Shown here one piece after another: positions 44,609-52,623 of a stretch of 64,000 nt of DNA. Source of the DNA: Acidimicrobiaceae bacterium (GTDB lineage Bacteria; Actinomycetota; Acidimicrobiia; Acidimicrobiales; Aldehydirespiratoraceae); the NCBI GenBank assembly GCA_009837445.1, contig VXTM01000021.1, positions 118,767 to 182,766 of the forward strand. The letters are read 5' to 3'. The position numbers were made by a program, and so were the translations under genes. The notes beneath the pieces are model-generated. The model searched no databases and had not been told where the DNA came from. It was given only the letters and a program-made list of their open reading frames with translations. Position 1 is the first letter of the stretch; each line of letters opens with the position of its first letter.

Positions 44609-45672
44609 CCGGGCACCGGGTCACCCGCTCGGACCGCCAGTCCACCGCGGGGCTGGCCGTGTCGGCCGTACTGCTGGTGGTGCTGTTCCTGCTGCCCTGG
44701 TGGGACAGCGACGGCAGCCTCCGGGTGCCGCTGGTCGCGATCCTCTACTACCTGGCGCTGGCGCAGATGTGGAACCTGCTGGCCGGGTTCGCGGGGCTGG
44801 TGTCGATCGGCCAGCAGATGTTCGTGGGCATCGGCGTGTACACGTTGCTGAGTTTCGCCGAGGACTTCGGCGTCGACCCCTACCTGTCGGTGCTGCTGGC
44901 CGGTTTGGTGGCGGCAATCCTGTCCCTGCCGGTGGCCGCCTTCGCCTTCCGCCTGCGGGGCGGGTACTTCGCCATCGGCACCTGGGTGATTGCCGAGGTC
45001 TTCCGGCTGATCGCGCTGGAGAGCGACTTCCTGGGCGGAGCCAATGTCCGGACCCTCACCCGGGAGTCGCTGGGCGGTTACTCGCTCGACACCCGCAACA
45101 CCGTCACCTACCTGATGGCCCTGGGACTGGCCGCAGGGGCCACCGCCATCGTGGTGCTGGTGCTGCGGTCACGACTGGGCCTCGCCCTGCGCTCCATCCG
45201 CGACAACCAGGAGGGGGCCCGGGGCCTGGGCGTGTCCGTAGGCAGGGCCAAGCTGGCGGTGTGGGTCATCTCCGCGTTCTGGACGGGCATGACCGGCGCG
45301 GTGATCCTGCTCCACAACCCGTCGACCCGGGCCGAGTCCGCCTTCAGCGTGTTGCGCTGGACCGCGCTGGTGGTGTTCATCGCCATCATCGGAGGCGTCG
45401 GCTCCACCACGGGGCCTATCGTCGGGGTGGCCATCTACTGGTTCGTGAGGGAGTTCCTCGAGGATGCCGAGGAGTGGCGGTTCATCATCCTGGGCTTAAT
45501 CGCGGCCGCCATGGCCATCATGGCCCCCAGAGGTGTCTACGGACTGCTCCAGAAGCGGTGGCCGGTCCAGTTCTTCCCCGTCCGCCGAAGACTTGTGGGT
45601 CCCGGTGTAGGCGGCCCCGCGCCCGGTGGCCCGGCCCAGCCGGTGGCCGACGCCGGCCACCCACCGGTGTGA
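44605..45672 (+). CDS. Branched-chain-type ABC transporter permease (LivM-like)
   Basis: The ATG overlaps the LivH-like stop (ATGA). The segment LALAQMWNLLAGFAGLVSIGQQMFVGIG is present. Confidence 0.8.
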   Translation: MTGHRVTRSDRQSTAGLAVSAVLLVVLFLLPWWDSDGSLRVPLVAILYYLALAQMWNLLAGFAGLVSIGQQMFVGIGVYTLLSFAEDFGVDPYLSVLLAGLVAAILSLPVAAFAFRLRGGYFAIGTWVIAEVFRLIALESDFLGGANVRTLTRESLGGYSLDTRNTVTYLMALGLAAGATAIVVLVLRSRLGLALRSIRDNQEGARGLGVSVGRAKLAVWVISAFWTGMTGAVILLHNPSTRAESAFSVLRWTALVVFIAIIGGVGSTTGPIVGVAIYWFVREFLEDAEEWRFIILGLIAAAMAIMAPRGVYGLLQKRWPVQFFPVRRRLVGPGVGGPAPGGPAQPVADAGHPPV

Positions 45673-46856
45673 CCGGTGCCGCCTACATCGTCGACGCGGT
45701 GCGAACGCCGGTCGGCAAGATCGGTGGGGGCCTAGCCGGGGTCCGCCCCGACGACCTGGCAGCCACCGTCATCGCGAACCTGCTCGAGCGCTCCCCCGGC
45801 CTCGATCCGGCCACCATCGACGATGTCCATTTCGGCAACAGCAACGGTGCGGGCGAGGAGAACCGCAACGTGGCCCGCATGGCCGCCCTGCTGGCCGGCA
45901 TGCCCACCTCGGTTCCCGGAACGACGGTCAACCGGCTGTGCGGATCGGGGCTGGAGGCCGTTGTCGGAGCCAGCCGGGCCATCGCGGTCGGAGACGCCGA
46001 CCTGTGCATCGCCGGCGGCGTCGAGTCGATGACCCGGGCTCCGTGGGTGGTGGCGAAGCCGGAGCGTCCCTACGAGCGCGGCCATCAGCAGATGCACTCC
46101 ACCACGCTGGGCTGGCGGCTGGTCAACCCGCGCCATCCTGATCGTTGGACGGTGCCTCTGGGCGAGGGAGCCGAGATTCTGGCCGAGAAGTACGCCATTA
46201 CCCGGGCCCTGCAGGACGGCTTCGCCCTGCGCAGCCATCAGAAGGCGGCCGCAGCCTGGACCCGCGGCGAATTCGCCGACGAGGTCGTGGGTGTCCATGG
46301 CGCCGAACTCGACCGCGACGAGACGATCAGGCCCGACACATCCCTCGACGGGCTGGCTCGGCTGCGACCGGTGTTCCGCCGCGACGGCTCGGTGACCGCA
46401 GGCAACTCCTCGCCCATGAACGACGGCGCCGCCGCGCTGCTGCTGGCATCCGAGGCCGGCCTCGCCTCGACGGGGCGGACACCCCTCGCGCGGGTGATGA
46501 GCCGGGCCGTGAGCGGCGTCGACCCGGATCTCTACGGCATCGGCCCGGTCGAGGCCGCCCGCACGGCTCTCAAGCGGGCCGGCATCGGCTGGTCGGACCT
46601 GGCCGCGGTCGAACTGAATGAGGCCTTCGCAGCCCAGTCACTGGCGTGTCTGGCGGAGTGGCCCGAGCTCGACCGGCGGATCGTCAACCCGCTGGGAGGC
46701 GCCATCGCCATCGGCCACCCCATCGGAGCCAGCGGGGCGCGCATCCTCACGACGCTGGCCCATCACCTGCGGCACCGGGGAGGCCGCTACGGCCTGGCCG
46801 CCATGTGCATCGGGGTCGGGCAGGGCATCGCGGTCACCATCGAGTCCTGCGCCTAG
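45669..46856 (+). CDS. Acetyl-CoA C-acyltransferase (thiolase II; PcaF-like by context)
   Basis: The GTG overlaps the LivM-like stop (GTGTGA). It has NRLCGSGLEAV (active-site Cys), NEAFAAQ, GHPIGASGARI and CIGVGQG. Confidence 0.85.
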   Translation: MTGAAYIVDAVRTPVGKIGGGLAGVRPDDLAATVIANLLERSPGLDPATIDDVHFGNSNGAGEENRNVARMAALLAGMPTSVPGTTVNRLCGSGLEAVVGASRAIAVGDADLCIAGGVESMTRAPWVVAKPERPYERGHQQMHSTTLGWRLVNPRHPDRWTVPLGEGAEILAEKYAITRALQDGFALRSHQKAAAAWTRGEFADEVVGVHGAELDRDETIRPDTSLDGLARLRPVFRRDGSVTAGNSSPMNDGAAALLLASEAGLASTGRTPLARVMSRAVSGVDPDLYGIGPVEAARTALKRAGIGWSDLAAVELNEAFAAQSLACLAEWPELDRRIVNPLGGAIAIGHPIGASGARILTTLAHHLRHRGGRYGLAAMCIGVGQGIAVTIESCA

Positions 46857-46975
46857 AGGCCGAGCGGATAGGGCGGCGTGGTCATTCCCGCTCTTGTTCG
46901 CTGCGCTCACGGGCCGCTCGGGCCACGGCCCCGCCCGTATGAACCGGGTTTGGCTCGCCTGCCCGCGGGGCCTCT
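46855..46975 (-). repeat. Dispersed repeat, copy 4: a full 96-bp copy in minus orientation (46880-46975) abutted by a plus-oriented solo head (46855-46872)
   Basis: TAGAGGCCGAGCGGATAGGG is followed by GGTCATTCCCGCTCTTGTTCGCTGCGCTCACGGGCCGCTCGGGCCACGGCCCCGCCCGTATG...CCCGCGGGGCCTCT. It fills the gap between the convergent thiolase and dioxygenase stops. Confidence 0.85.
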
Positions 46976-46978
46976 GGG

Positions 46979-47800
46979 CTAGCCCGTCGGCTCGAGTACG
47001 AAGTCGTAGTCGCAGCGACCGCCGTTCATGTCGACGATCAGCGAGTCGCGCACACCGAAGACCACGTCACTGTCGAGGAAGTCGCTCTCGCTGTCGAAGA
47101 GGTGGGTGATCACCGTCTTGTGCCCCGGCGCCGAGACTACGAAGTGCACGTGCGCGGGACGCCAGTTGTGGCGTCCGGTGGCGTGGAGCAGCGCCCCGGC
47201 GGGGCCGTCGTCGGGAACCGGGTACGACACCGGCCGCACGGTGCGCACCTCGTAGCGCCCGTCGACGCCGGTGGTGAAGACGCCCCGCATGTTCAACGGG
47301 GTCTGATCCGAGTCCTGGACATCGTAGAAGCCGTTGCTGGCCGCCTGCCACACATCCAGTGTCGCCCCCTCGATCGGTCCGCCTCCCAGCGAGCTGACCT
47401 CCCCCAGTATCGTCAGCGGCTCGTCCGCATCCATGGGGTCCACGACTATCGAGTCGCCCATCTGGTGCGGTGTGGCTCCCTCCACGTGGAACGGGCCGAA
47501 GACGGTGGGCTCGGTCGTCCCCTCGGCCCCCATCTGGTTGATCATCTCCACCAGCATCGAAACGCCGAGCGTGTCCGACAGCAGGATGAACTCCTGGCGC
47601 TTCTCGTCGCACATGTGCCCGATGTCGGCGAGGGCCTTCATGCTCGCGAACCACTCCTCGCGAGTTAGGCCGACTTCAAGAACAAACTCGTGCATGTGCC
47701 GGATTGCGCACTTCATGATCTCAGCGAGCCTCGCGTCGGGAGCGTCATCAAAGCGGGACAGGACCTCCGCCAGGTGCTCGGCGGGCGTGATGTTGGACAC
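46979..47800 (-). CDS. Intradiol ring-cleavage dioxygenase (hydroxyquinol 1,2-dioxygenase-like)
   Basis: GTG start with RBS AAGGAG. The N-terminal helical domain (RLAEIMKCAIRHMHEFVLEVGLTREEW) and the segment GRHNWRPAHVHF are typical of catechol/hydroxyquinol 1,2-dioxygenases. Confidence 0.75.
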   Translation of the reverse strand: MSNITPAEHLAEVLSRFDDAPDARLAEIMKCAIRHMHEFVLEVGLTREEWFASMKALADIGHMCDEKRQEFILLSDTLGVSMLVEMINQMGAEGTTEPTVFGPFHVEGATPHQMGDSIVVDPMDADEPLTILGEVSSLGGGPIEGATLDVWQAASNGFYDVQDSDQTPLNMRGVFTTGVDGRYEVRTVRPVSYPVPDDGPAGALLHATGRHNWRPAHVHFVVSAPGHKTVITHLFDSESDFLDSDVVFGVRDSLIVDMNGGRCDYDFVLEPTG

Positions 47801-47892
47801 GGATGCTCCTTTCTCCGGTGCGCGGTTATCCCGCGGCCGGGCGCTCCGGACAGGCGCTCGGCCGCGGGAGTCGCGGTCGGTAATGGACGTGC

Positions 47893-48852
47893 TCAGTACT
47901 CGATGGTCTCGAGTTGGGCGAGCAGCTCCTGGCGGGAGTCCTCGAACTGGGGCGAGATCATGATCTGCGCGCCGAGGCTGTCCCTGGGCTCGTCGATGGC
48001 GAAGTGCTCGGGCTTGGTGTAGGTGGCCTCGAACAACGGTCCGCCCGGGGTGCGCACGTAGATCGAGTAGAAGTAGCCCCGGTCCTTGACGTCGGACACA
48101 TCGGTGTAGCCGAGGCCCTCCAGGAACAGCTTGACGGCCATCTGCGACTCGAGGCTGTCCACGCTGAAGGCGCAGTGGTGCACGTAGCCCTCACCGAACG
48201 TCCAGCTTCCAGGCTCGCGGTTCGGTTCGAGGATGTAGTCGACGATGGCCCCAGGGCCGCCGTCACCCATCTCGTAGCGGGTGGCGTTGCCGTCGCCCTC
48301 GACCATGCGGCTCCCCCAGCCCATCTGCATGAACTGGTCGGTCAGCTCCATGTCGCGCACCGAGCAGCTGATGCTGTGCACGCCCCGGACGCCGAACTCA
48401 TCGGGGATGTCGGGGTGGGTGGCTGGGGTGCGCTCGTCGTCGGCCACCCCGACCAGCTCGTAGTCGATCCCGCAGGGATGCTGGAAGGCGAGGCGCTTCT
48501 CGCCGAAGCGCTCGACCGGGGTCACCTCGAAGCCGTACTCCTCCAGGCGGTTGCGCCACCAGTCCAGCGACGACTCCGGCACCGACAGCGTGAGCACGCT
48601 GATCTGGCCGCTGCCCTTCTTGGCGGTGAGGCCGGCGTGACGGAACGGGAAGGTGGTGACCAGGGTGCTCTCCTCGCCGACGTCGTTGCCGTAGTAGAGG
48701 TGGTAGATGGGGGCTTGGCCGTCGTACAGGAGCGTCTTCTTGACGCTCTTGAGGCCCAGCACCTCCGTGTGGAAGTCGTAGTCCTCCTGGGCGCCGCCCA
48801 CATTCAGGGTGATGTGGTTGTGGCCACTGAGGATCGATGTCGGATTGTTCAC
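47893..48852 (-). CDS. Two-domain VOC-superfamily ring-cleaving dioxygenase (MhqO/PcpA/LinE-like hydroquinone-type extradiol enzyme)
   Basis: The GTG at 48852 lies 6 nt after RBS GAAGGAG. The segment GHNHITLNVGGAQEDYDFHTEVLGLKSVKKTLLYDGQAPIYHLYYGN...TTFPF matches my recollection of the MhqA/E/O family N-terminus. Confidence 0.75.
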   Translation of the reverse strand: MNNPTSILSGHNHITLNVGGAQEDYDFHTEVLGLKSVKKTLLYDGQAPIYHLYYGNDVGEESTLVTTFPFRHAGLTAKKGSGQISVLTLSVPESSLDWWRNRLEEYGFEVTPVERFGEKRLAFQHPCGIDYELVGVADDERTPATHPDIPDEFGVRGVHSISCSVRDMELTDQFMQMGWGSRMVEGDGNATRYEMGDGGPGAIVDYILEPNREPGSWTFGEGYVHHCAFSVDSLESQMAVKLFLEGLGYTDVSDVKDRGYFYSIYVRTPGGPLFEATYTKPEHFAIDEPRDSLGAQIMISPQFEDSRQELLAQLETIEY

Positions 48853-48981
48853 GGCGGCTCCTTCGATTGACGGGATTGCTGCCAGCCGACACGTCGAGCC
48901 CGTTGACGCGGCGACCCGGCGGGAGCGCGATACTACGCCCGTGCCGACTCTAGCAGCAGCGCCGTACGTCTGCCGGTAAAC

Positions 48982-49010
48982 TGTCCGCATAACGGTCAAC
49001 CGTCAGTTGT
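48982..49010. promoter_or_regulatory. Operator-like sequence shared with the 39709-39752 region
   Basis: TGTCCGCATAACGGTCAACC followed by CGTCAGTTGT. Compare TGTCTGCATAGCGGACACC ... CGTCAGTTGT at 39709-39752. It lies in the divergent region between two VOC genes, next to the IclR regulon. Confidence 0.35.
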
Positions 49011-49044
49011 GCCGGCGAAGCCGAACATCAGAGAAAGGACTGCC

Positions 49045-49578
49045 ATGAGCCAAGCCGTAGCCCAGAGGCTTCACCACAACGCGTACGTCACCAAGGACCA
49101 GGAGGCCACTCGGGCCTTCTACGAGGACATTCTCGGCTTCCCGCTGATCGCCACATGGTCGGAGGCCGACGAGCTGTTCGGCGCGGTCCGGGTCTACTGC
49201 CACACCTTCTTCGGCCTCCAGGACGGCAGCGCGCTGGCCTTCTTCCAGTTCGCCGAAGAAGAGGACCAGAAGCTCTTCGACCCCGCCCTCGTGCCGTCGC
49301 CGTTCCGCCACATCGCCCTCAAGGTCGACGCCGACACCCAGGCCGACCTCGAGCGGCGCATCGAGGAGTCCGGCTGGAACCCGGAGGGGGGCAGCTTCGT
49401 GCTGGAGCACGGCTACTGCCGCTCGTTCTACACCCACGACCCCAACGGCATGCTGCTCGAGTTCACCGTCGACGCCCCCGACGCGGAGGAGATCGCGGCC
49501 GACCGGGCCGCCGACGCCCACGAGACCCTGCGGCGCTGGCTAGCCGGCGACCACACCAGCAACAACAACTACCGCTAG
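49045..49578 (+). CDS. VOC-family protein (glyoxalase/bleomycin-resistance/dioxygenase fold)
   Basis: The ATG at 49045 follows RBS GAGAAAGGA. Segments LHHNAYVTKDQEATRAFYEDILGFPL and FRHIALKV. Confidence 0.7.
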   Translation: MSQAVAQRLHHNAYVTKDQEATRAFYEDILGFPLIATWSEADELFGAVRVYCHTFFGLQDGSALAFFQFAEEEDQKLFDPALVPSPFRHIALKVDADTQADLERRIEESGWNPEGGSFVLEHGYCRSFYTHDPNGMLLEFTVDAPDAEEIAADRAADAHETLRRWLAGDHTSNNNYR

Positions 49579-50393
49579 TCCGGCGCAGGCGCCTCCGAGA
49601 CTGGCAGCATGGCCAGGTTCGACCATTCGCGTGTCACCGCGGCCGCGGTGTCGAGCAGCGCGGGGAGGTACTCGCCGGTCAGGTGCTCGATGGACGTCTC
49701 GGCCGCGTACACGGTCACGTTCATGGCCGCCGCGATGCGGCACCCGTCGTCGCGCACCGGGGCGGCGATGGAGCGGATGCCGACCGTCAGCAGCTCGTCG
49801 GACAGGGCCCAGCCCCGCTCGCGCACGTCGGCCAAGTCCTCGTCCAACTGCGCCCGTGAGGGCACCACCCGCGGGATTATCCCCGACGTCGACGGCCGCT
49901 CCAGGACCGCGTCGAGCTCGTCGGCGGTGTGCTCCGACAGCAACACCTTGCCCATCGAGGTGGCTACCGCCGGGAAGCGGGTGCCGATGCTCACCGAGAG
50001 CGCGATGATCTTGGCCACCGGGACCCGGGCCGTGTACACGATGTCGCTCCCGTCGAGCTGCGACATCGAGCTCGACTCGTGCGTGCGGGCCACAAGGGCC
50101 ACCAGATGGGGACGGGCGACGTCCCACAGGCCCTGGGCCGCGATGGCAGCCGTACCGATCTCGAGGACCTTGGTGGTCAGCGAGTACGCGCCGCCCACGG
50201 AGCGGACGTATCCGAGCTGTTCAAGGGTCATCAACAGCCGCCTGGCGGTGGGCCTGGCCAACCCGGTACGGGAGGCCACCTCGCTGACGGTCAACTCGAT
50301 GGCGGTGGGGCCGAATGCCTTGAGGACGTCGAGGCCCCGGGCCAGAGCCTCCACGAACTCGCGCCGCCCCCTCTCCTCCGCCGCCGGGCTCAT
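49575..50393 (-). CDS. IclR-family transcriptional regulator (PcaR/PobR-like by context)
   Basis: The N-terminal wHTH reads FVEALARGLDVLKAF...LTVSEVASRTGLARPTARRLLMTLEQLGYV. The C-terminal part is an IclR effector domain. Confidence 0.85.
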   Translation of the reverse strand: MSPAAEERGRREFVEALARGLDVLKAFGPTAIELTVSEVASRTGLARPTARRLLMTLEQLGYVRSVGGAYSLTTKVLEIGTAAIAAQGLWDVARPHLVALVARTHESSSMSQLDGSDIVYTARVPVAKIIALSVSIGTRFPAVATSMGKVLLSEHTADELDAVLERPSTSGIIPRVVPSRAQLDEDLADVRERGWALSDELLTVGIRSIAAPVRDDGCRIAAAMNVTVYAAETSIEHLTGEYLPALLDTAAAVTREWSNLAMLPVSEAPAPD

Positions 50394-50420
50394 GACACGA
50401 ACCCGGTCGTCGAGCCGGCC

Positions 50421-51620
50421 ATGACTGCGGAGACCCGGGCCACCGACCCTTCAGCGACCGGCACGGCCGCTGAGACTGCCCCGCTCGACGGGATCCTCGT
50501 CGCCGACCTGTCCCGGGTGCTGGCCGGGCCGTACTGCACCATGCTCCTCGCCGATCTGGGGGCGACGGTCATCAAGGTGGAAAGCGCGGCCGGCGACGAC
50601 ACTCGGGCTTGGACCCCGCCGGAGAAGGACGGCATATCGACTTACTTTATGTCCATCAACCGGAACAAGCGGTCGATCGTTCTGGACTTCCGCGACCCAG
50701 ACGACGTGGCGCTGGTCCACGAGCTGTTCCGGCGGGCCGACGTGGCCATCGAGAACTTCAAGCCGGGTGCGCTGGCCAAGTTCGGGCTCGACTACGAGAC
50801 TGCCCGGGCCGTCAATCCGGCCCTCATCTACACCTCGATCAGCGGTTTCGGCACGGCCGAGGGTGCGTCGCTGCCCGGTTACGACCTGGTGGTGCAGGCC
50901 GTGTCGGGGCTAATGAGCCTCACCGGCGACGCCGACGGCCCCGCCTACCGGGCGGGCATCTCGGTGTTCGATGTCATGACCGGGCTCCACGCCACCATCG
51001 GGATCCTGGCCGCCCTCCACCACCGCAGCCTGACCGGCCAGGGCCAGTTGGTGGAGCTGAACTTGCTGTCGTCGGCGCTGTCGGGCCTCGTCAACCAGAC
51101 CGGCGCCTATACCGCTTCGGGGACCGTGCCCCACCGAATGGGCAATGCCCACCCGAGCGTCTACCCCTACGAGGTGATACCGGCCAAGGACCGGGACATG
51201 ATCATCACCGCCGCGAACGACCGGCAGTTCAAGGCCCTGTGCGAGGTTCTGGGCATCGGCGAGCTGGCTACCGACGAGCGATTCAGGCTCAACGCCGACC
51301 GCACCCGCAACCGTGACCAGATGCACTCGCTGCTCATGGAGCGGGTGGCCCAATGGAACGCCGACGACCTCTTCATCGCCCTGAACGACGCGGGAGTGCC
51401 CTGCGGGCCCATCAACTCCATCCGCGAGGGCATCGAACTGGCCGAGCGTCTCGGCCTCGAGCCCAGGGTGACCCTCGGCGCCGGCGACGAGAGTGTCGAC
51501 CTGGTGCGCAATCCCATCGGGTTCAGCAATGCCTCGCTGCGCTACGAGCACCCGCCCCCCGGACTGGGAGAGCACAGCGACGACCTTCGGGACTGGCTGT
51601 CCAAGAGGCCGAGCGGATAG
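50421..51620 (+). CDS. Family III CoA-transferase (CaiB/BaiF family)
   Basis: Segments LDGILVADLSRVLAGPYCTMLLADLGATVIKVE, ENFKPG and SGFG. The last 5 codons (KRPSG-stop) are encoded by the head of repeat copy 5. Confidence 0.85.
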   Translation: MTAETRATDPSATGTAAETAPLDGILVADLSRVLAGPYCTMLLADLGATVIKVESAAGDDTRAWTPPEKDGISTYFMSINRNKRSIVLDFRDPDDVALVHELFRRADVAIENFKPGALAKFGLDYETARAVNPALIYTSISGFGTAEGASLPGYDLVVQAVSGLMSLTGDADGPAYRAGISVFDVMTGLHATIGILAALHHRSLTGQGQLVELNLLSSALSGLVNQTGAYTASGTVPHRMGNAHPSVYPYEVIPAKDRDMIITAANDRQFKALCEVLGIGELATDERFRLNADRTRNRDQMHSLLMERVAQWNADDLFIALNDAGVPCGPINSIREGIELAERLGLEPRVTLGAGDESVDLVRNPIGFSNASLRYEHPPPGLGEHSDDLRDWLSKRPSG

Positions 51621-51699
51621 GCGAGACGATGCGGCCCATACGGCGCGAGGCCGTGGCCCGAGCGGCCCGTGAGCGAAGCGAACAAGAGCGGGAATGACC
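51604..51699 (+). repeat. Dispersed repeat, copy 5 (best full-length reference copy, 96 bp)
   Basis: AGAGGCCGAGCGGATAGGCGAGACGATGCGGCCCATACGGCGCGAGGCCGTGGCCCGAGCGGCCCGTGAGCGAAGCGAACAAGAGCGGGAATGACC. Confidence 0.85.
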
Positions 51700-51793
51700 C
51701 CCTGTCGGCGCGAGGCGCTTGCACCTATCCGCGTGGCCCCTACGCCGCAGCCCGACACATAGACAGCCGAATTACCGATCACGGGAGCGGGCA

Positions 51794-52591
51794 ATGACCG
51801 GAGCCACCTACCGCACCGGCCTCGGCACCTCCGACGCCGACAGCATCACCGTGCTGGGCCACAGCCTCGCCGACGACCTGCTCGGTCAGGTGTCGTTCGG
51901 CGAGCTCGCATTCTGGCTGATGGCCAAGCACCGCCCGACGCCGCAGCAGCGCAACATGTTCGAAGCCGTTCTGGTCGCGCTGGCCGATCACGGCTTCACC
52001 CCCACCGCCATCGCGGCCCGGGTGACGCTGCTGAGCGCACCCGAATCGATCCAGGGTGCGCTGGCGGCAGGGCTGCTCGGAGGCGGAGACCGCTTCCTCG
52101 GCGTGACCGAGAACGCGGCCCGGTTCCTGCACACCGCTCTCGAGGGCTGCGACTCGCTGCCCACCGATGAGGCCGGCTGGGACGACCTCGCCGCCGAGGT
52201 GGTGGCCCGGACCCGGGCTGAGGGCGGGTTCGTGCCGGGACTAGGTCACCCTGTCCACAAGGACGGCGACCCCCGCACGCCGGCTCTCTTCGAGCTTGCC
52301 CGCCGCAACGAACTGTTCGGCCCCCATCTCGAGCTGCTCGCAGCCATCGGCCGGGCTCATCCGGCGGTACTGGGCCGCAGGCTGCCCCTCAACGGCGCCG
52401 GCGCCTGCGGTGCGGTGCTGGGCGACATCGGCCTGCCGCTGGGCGTCGCCCGCGGCGTTGCGCTGCTGGCCCGCTGCGCCGGGCTGCTGGGCCATCTGGC
52501 CGAGGAACTCGACGACCCCATAGGCAACGACATCTTCATGGCGGTGGACCGAAACATCGACTACCGGCCGCCCCCAGCGCCGCCCGCCTGA
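51794..52591 (+). CDS. Citrate-synthase-fold protein of the short citryl-CoA-lyase type
   Basis: 265 aa. Segments HGFTPTAIAARVTLLSAPESIQGALAAGLLGGGDRFLG and VPGLGHPVHKDGDPR (GHxxxxxxDPR, as in citrate synthase/CCL). Confidence 0.65.
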   Translation: MTGATYRTGLGTSDADSITVLGHSLADDLLGQVSFGELAFWLMAKHRPTPQQRNMFEAVLVALADHGFTPTAIAARVTLLSAPESIQGALAAGLLGGGDRFLGVTENAARFLHTALEGCDSLPTDEAGWDDLAAEVVARTRAEGGFVPGLGHPVHKDGDPRTPALFELARRNELFGPHLELLAAIGRAHPAVLGRRLPLNGAGACGAVLGDIGLPLGVARGVALLARCAGLLGHLAEELDDPIGNDIFMAVDRNIDYRPPPAPPA

Positions 52592-52609
52592 CTGCGGGCA
52601 GCCGCCCAG

Positions 52610-52623
52610 CTGCTCGGCCTCTA
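52610..52623 (-). repeat. Solo repeat-head-like motif on the minus strand (TAGAGGCCGAGCAG) whose TAG is the protease stop codon
   Basis: The plus strand reads ctgctcggcctcta. It lies between convergent stops at 52591 and 52621. Confidence 0.4.
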
